Origin: an uncultured Gemmatimonadales bacterium
Lineage (GTDB): Bacteria > Gemmatimonadota > Gemmatimonadetes > Gemmatimonadales > Gemmatimonadaceae
Assembly: GCA_963793305.1 (NCBI GenBank)
Contig: CAWBZV010000019.1
Span: 1-37,971 of the forward strand
Reading direction: 5' to 3'
Length of the DNA: 37,971 nt
Part shown: one piece after another, positions 36,315 to 37,971 of the stretch
Numbering within the stretch: position 1 is the stretch's first letter
How the letters are laid out: each line of letters begins with the position of its first letter
The notes under the pieces: generated by a model
The model's database searches: none
Seen by the model: the letters and a program-made list of their open reading frames with translations, nothing else
Told to the model about the DNA's origin: nothing
Position numbers and translations under genes: made by a program

Positions 36315-37016
36315 CGAGGCTCCAGAAGGTAGACCAGGCGCGTGTGACGCAGGTGGGACGGGCGCTGCGCGAGTTGGGAGTGCGGATGATCCCGGCCTAC
36401 TCACCTCAGGCACGCGGACGCAGCGAGCGTAATTTTGGGACTTGGCAGGGACGACTGCCGCAAGAGTTGCGCTTGCGAGCGATCACAACGGTGGAGGCGG
36501 CGAACACTTTTCTGCAGGAAGAGTACATCGCTGCGTTCAACGCGCGGTTCCGGGTGCCTGCGACGCAGGCGGGCAGTGCCTTTACGGTGTGTCGGCAGCG
36601 AGATTTGGCAGGGATTTTTTCGCTGCAGTTTGAACGCACGGTGAACCGCGACAACACGGTGAGCTTTCAAAATCTGACTTTGCAGATCCAGCCGGTGCGC
36701 TGGCGAGCCACGCTGGAGGGTTGCACGGTGGTCGTGTATCAGCACCTGGATGGAACGCTGAGCCTGCGCTATGGGCCGCATTGCGTGGGGCGCTACAACG
36801 CCGAGGGTCTGCCTTGGATCGGTAGCGATTTGCAAAAGGCTGTGGAGAAGCCGCGCCGTGGAAAAGTCGCCAAGCCGACTTTCCCACCGCGCTTGGAAAT
36901 CCCGCCCCAAACGCGGGATTCCCACTTCCCCACAGCCGCGACGGCGGCGGGTGATTCACAGTCAACCGGACAACTCACTTACTACAAAAACCGGACCTTT
37001 TAGCTTGCTACGAACA
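36315..37016 (+). mobile_element. Right-hand part of an ISNCY/IS1202-like insertion sequence (5'-truncated transposase and right end)
   Basis: TQVGRALRELG..MIPAYSPQARGRSERNFGTWQGRLPQELRL (DDE Glu region), R.V.RDNTVSF, stop at 37003. The end has two AACCGGAC-led sub-repeats (36964, 36989) and terminates CTTGCTACGAACA at 37016. Confidence 0.88.
36838..36937. repeat. Three-stem cruciform element in the IS 3' region
   Basis: Outer stem GGCTGTGGAGAAG/CTTCCCCACAGCC encloses GTGGAAAAGTCG/CGACTTTCCCAC and GGAAATCCCGC/GCGGGATTCCC. Confidence 0.8.
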
Positions 37017-37089
37017 GTTGCAGGTTCACCTGCGATTCGGCGAGGCGAGAGAACTCGACGGCGGAAGGGGCGTTTGTTAGGCTGGAGGC

Positions 37090-37971
37090 GTGACGCAACA
37101 CTTGAGCGAAGACGTCATCACCAGCCGCGAGAACAAGTGGCTGAAGATGTTTCGCGCGGCGCTGCGCGGGACAGGGCCGGCTGAGAGCGAGCCGATTGGC
37201 GTGGAAGGGCCGAAGCTGGTGGAGGACGCGCTGCGTTCGGGATTGCAGGCCGAGGCGCTGCTGGTGAGTGAGGCGGGCGAGGCGGATCTGGAACGGATTT
37301 TGCGAGCGGCGAGCGAAAGCGAAGCGGGGATTCCGCGTTCGCGGGTGCTGCGGACGACGGACAAGTTGTTTGCGTCGGTGGCGGGAACAGAGACGCCGCA
37401 GGGAATAGCGGCACTGTTTCGGCAGCCGGAATGGCAATTTGACGATGTAGTGCGAGGCGCGGCTGCGGCGGATGGAGCGTTGCGCGGCGATGCTGCGTTG
37501 GTGGTGGTGATGGCTGCGGTGCAGGATCCGGGGAATATCGGGACGATTATTCGTTCGGCTGAGGCTTTTGGCGCGACAGGGGCTGTGTCTACGCGCGGGA
37601 GCGCGGACCCGTGGTCGCCGAAGGCGTTGCGCGCGTCGGCGGGATCGGCGCTGCGCTTCCCTGTTCTGCGCGGCATGGCGATTCCCGTGCTTCTTGCGCA
37701 ACTGCGAGTGGCTGGGGTTAAAATCGTGGCCGCGAGTTCGCACTCGGGCGGCCTTAGCGATTCTGGAAAAAATGTTGCGGCGGCTTTGCGCGAGCCTGTG
37801 GCGATATTTATTGGCAATGAGGGCGCTGGGTTGCCGCGCGAGATCGAGCACGCTGCGGATGCGCGAATTTCCATCCCGATGAGCGCGGCGGTGGAGTCTT
37901 TGAACGCTGGAGTGGCGGCGTCGGTCGTGTTGTACGAGGCGGCGCGACAGAGGAAAGGCTTCACCAGCGGC
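37090..37971 (+). CDS. TrmH/SpoU-family RNA 2'-O-methyltransferase; runs off the window end, not in the ORF track
   Basis: ITSRENKWLK, VEGPKLVEDAL, TETPQGIAA, VQDPGNIGTIIRSAEAFG, KALRASAGS, IGNEGAGL, SIPM...VESLNAGVAASVVLYE. TAGGCT 6 nt before GTG. Confidence 0.95.
   Translation, partial: MTQHLSEDVITSRENKWLKMFRAALRGTGPAESEPIGVEGPKLVEDALRSGLQAEALLVSEAGEADLERILRAASESEAGIPRSRVLRTTDKLFASVAGTETPQGIAALFRQPEWQFDDVVRGAAAADGALRGDAALVVVMAAVQDPGNIGTIIRSAEAFGATGAVSTRGSADPWSPKALRASAGSALRFPVLRGMAIPVLLAQLRVAGVKIVAASSHSGGLSDSGKNVAAALREPVAIFIGNEGAGLPREIEHAADARISIPMSAAVESLNAGVAASVVLYEAARQRKGFTSG

Noticed and set aside
37000..37964. Long minus-strand ORFs (283 and 295 aa) in the ORF track
   Set aside because: They are shadow ORFs of the plus-strand TrmH gene, which has clear family motifs. 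The same applies to most overlapping Arg/Ala-rich ORFs in this GC-rich window.
1..37971. Anti-phage defence system, prophage, tRNA or rRNA
   Set aside because: No nuclease, NTPase, RT, integrase or phage structural motifs and no structural RNA genes were recognised.

Overview
A GC-rich, densely packed bacterial chromosomal segment with about 37 genes of mixed metabolic, envelope and regulatory function. Positions 1-36314 look Gemmatimonadota-like, which is an inference from protein families and sequence style. Contents: tandem TonB-C protein, FAD monooxygenase, divergent MarR/SDR pair with a perfect operator palindrome, ADOP-type permease, an operon of a PLP-dependent DSD1-family enzyme, FKBP lipoprotein and Tat-exported oxalate decarboxylase, phosphoketolase flanked by a ~50-bp direct repeat, S9 peptidase coupled to a membrane HTH-TPR sensor, split MacAB-type exporter, 14-blade beta-propeller lipoprotein with a TolB-like lipoprotein, HTH/SRPBCC pair, ATP-grasp protein, ZnuD-like TonB-dependent receptor and an MHYT-PAS histidine kinase. 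At ~36315 a peroxiredoxin gene is cut and fused to the middle of an ISNCY/IS1202-like transposase. A TrmH methyltransferase of different composition follows, so this may be a chimeric join. Three genes carry single-base insertions that look like long-read errors. I found no CRISPR array, rRNA, tRNA, prophage or recognisable defence system, and no clearly novel multi-gene system is proven. The best leads are non-coding: pervasive leaderless promoter architecture, an 11-bp-phased DnaA-box-like array, the repeats flanking xfp and a class II CRP-like promoter. Among proteins, the Tat-exported OxdC operon and the surface-protein modules stand out.
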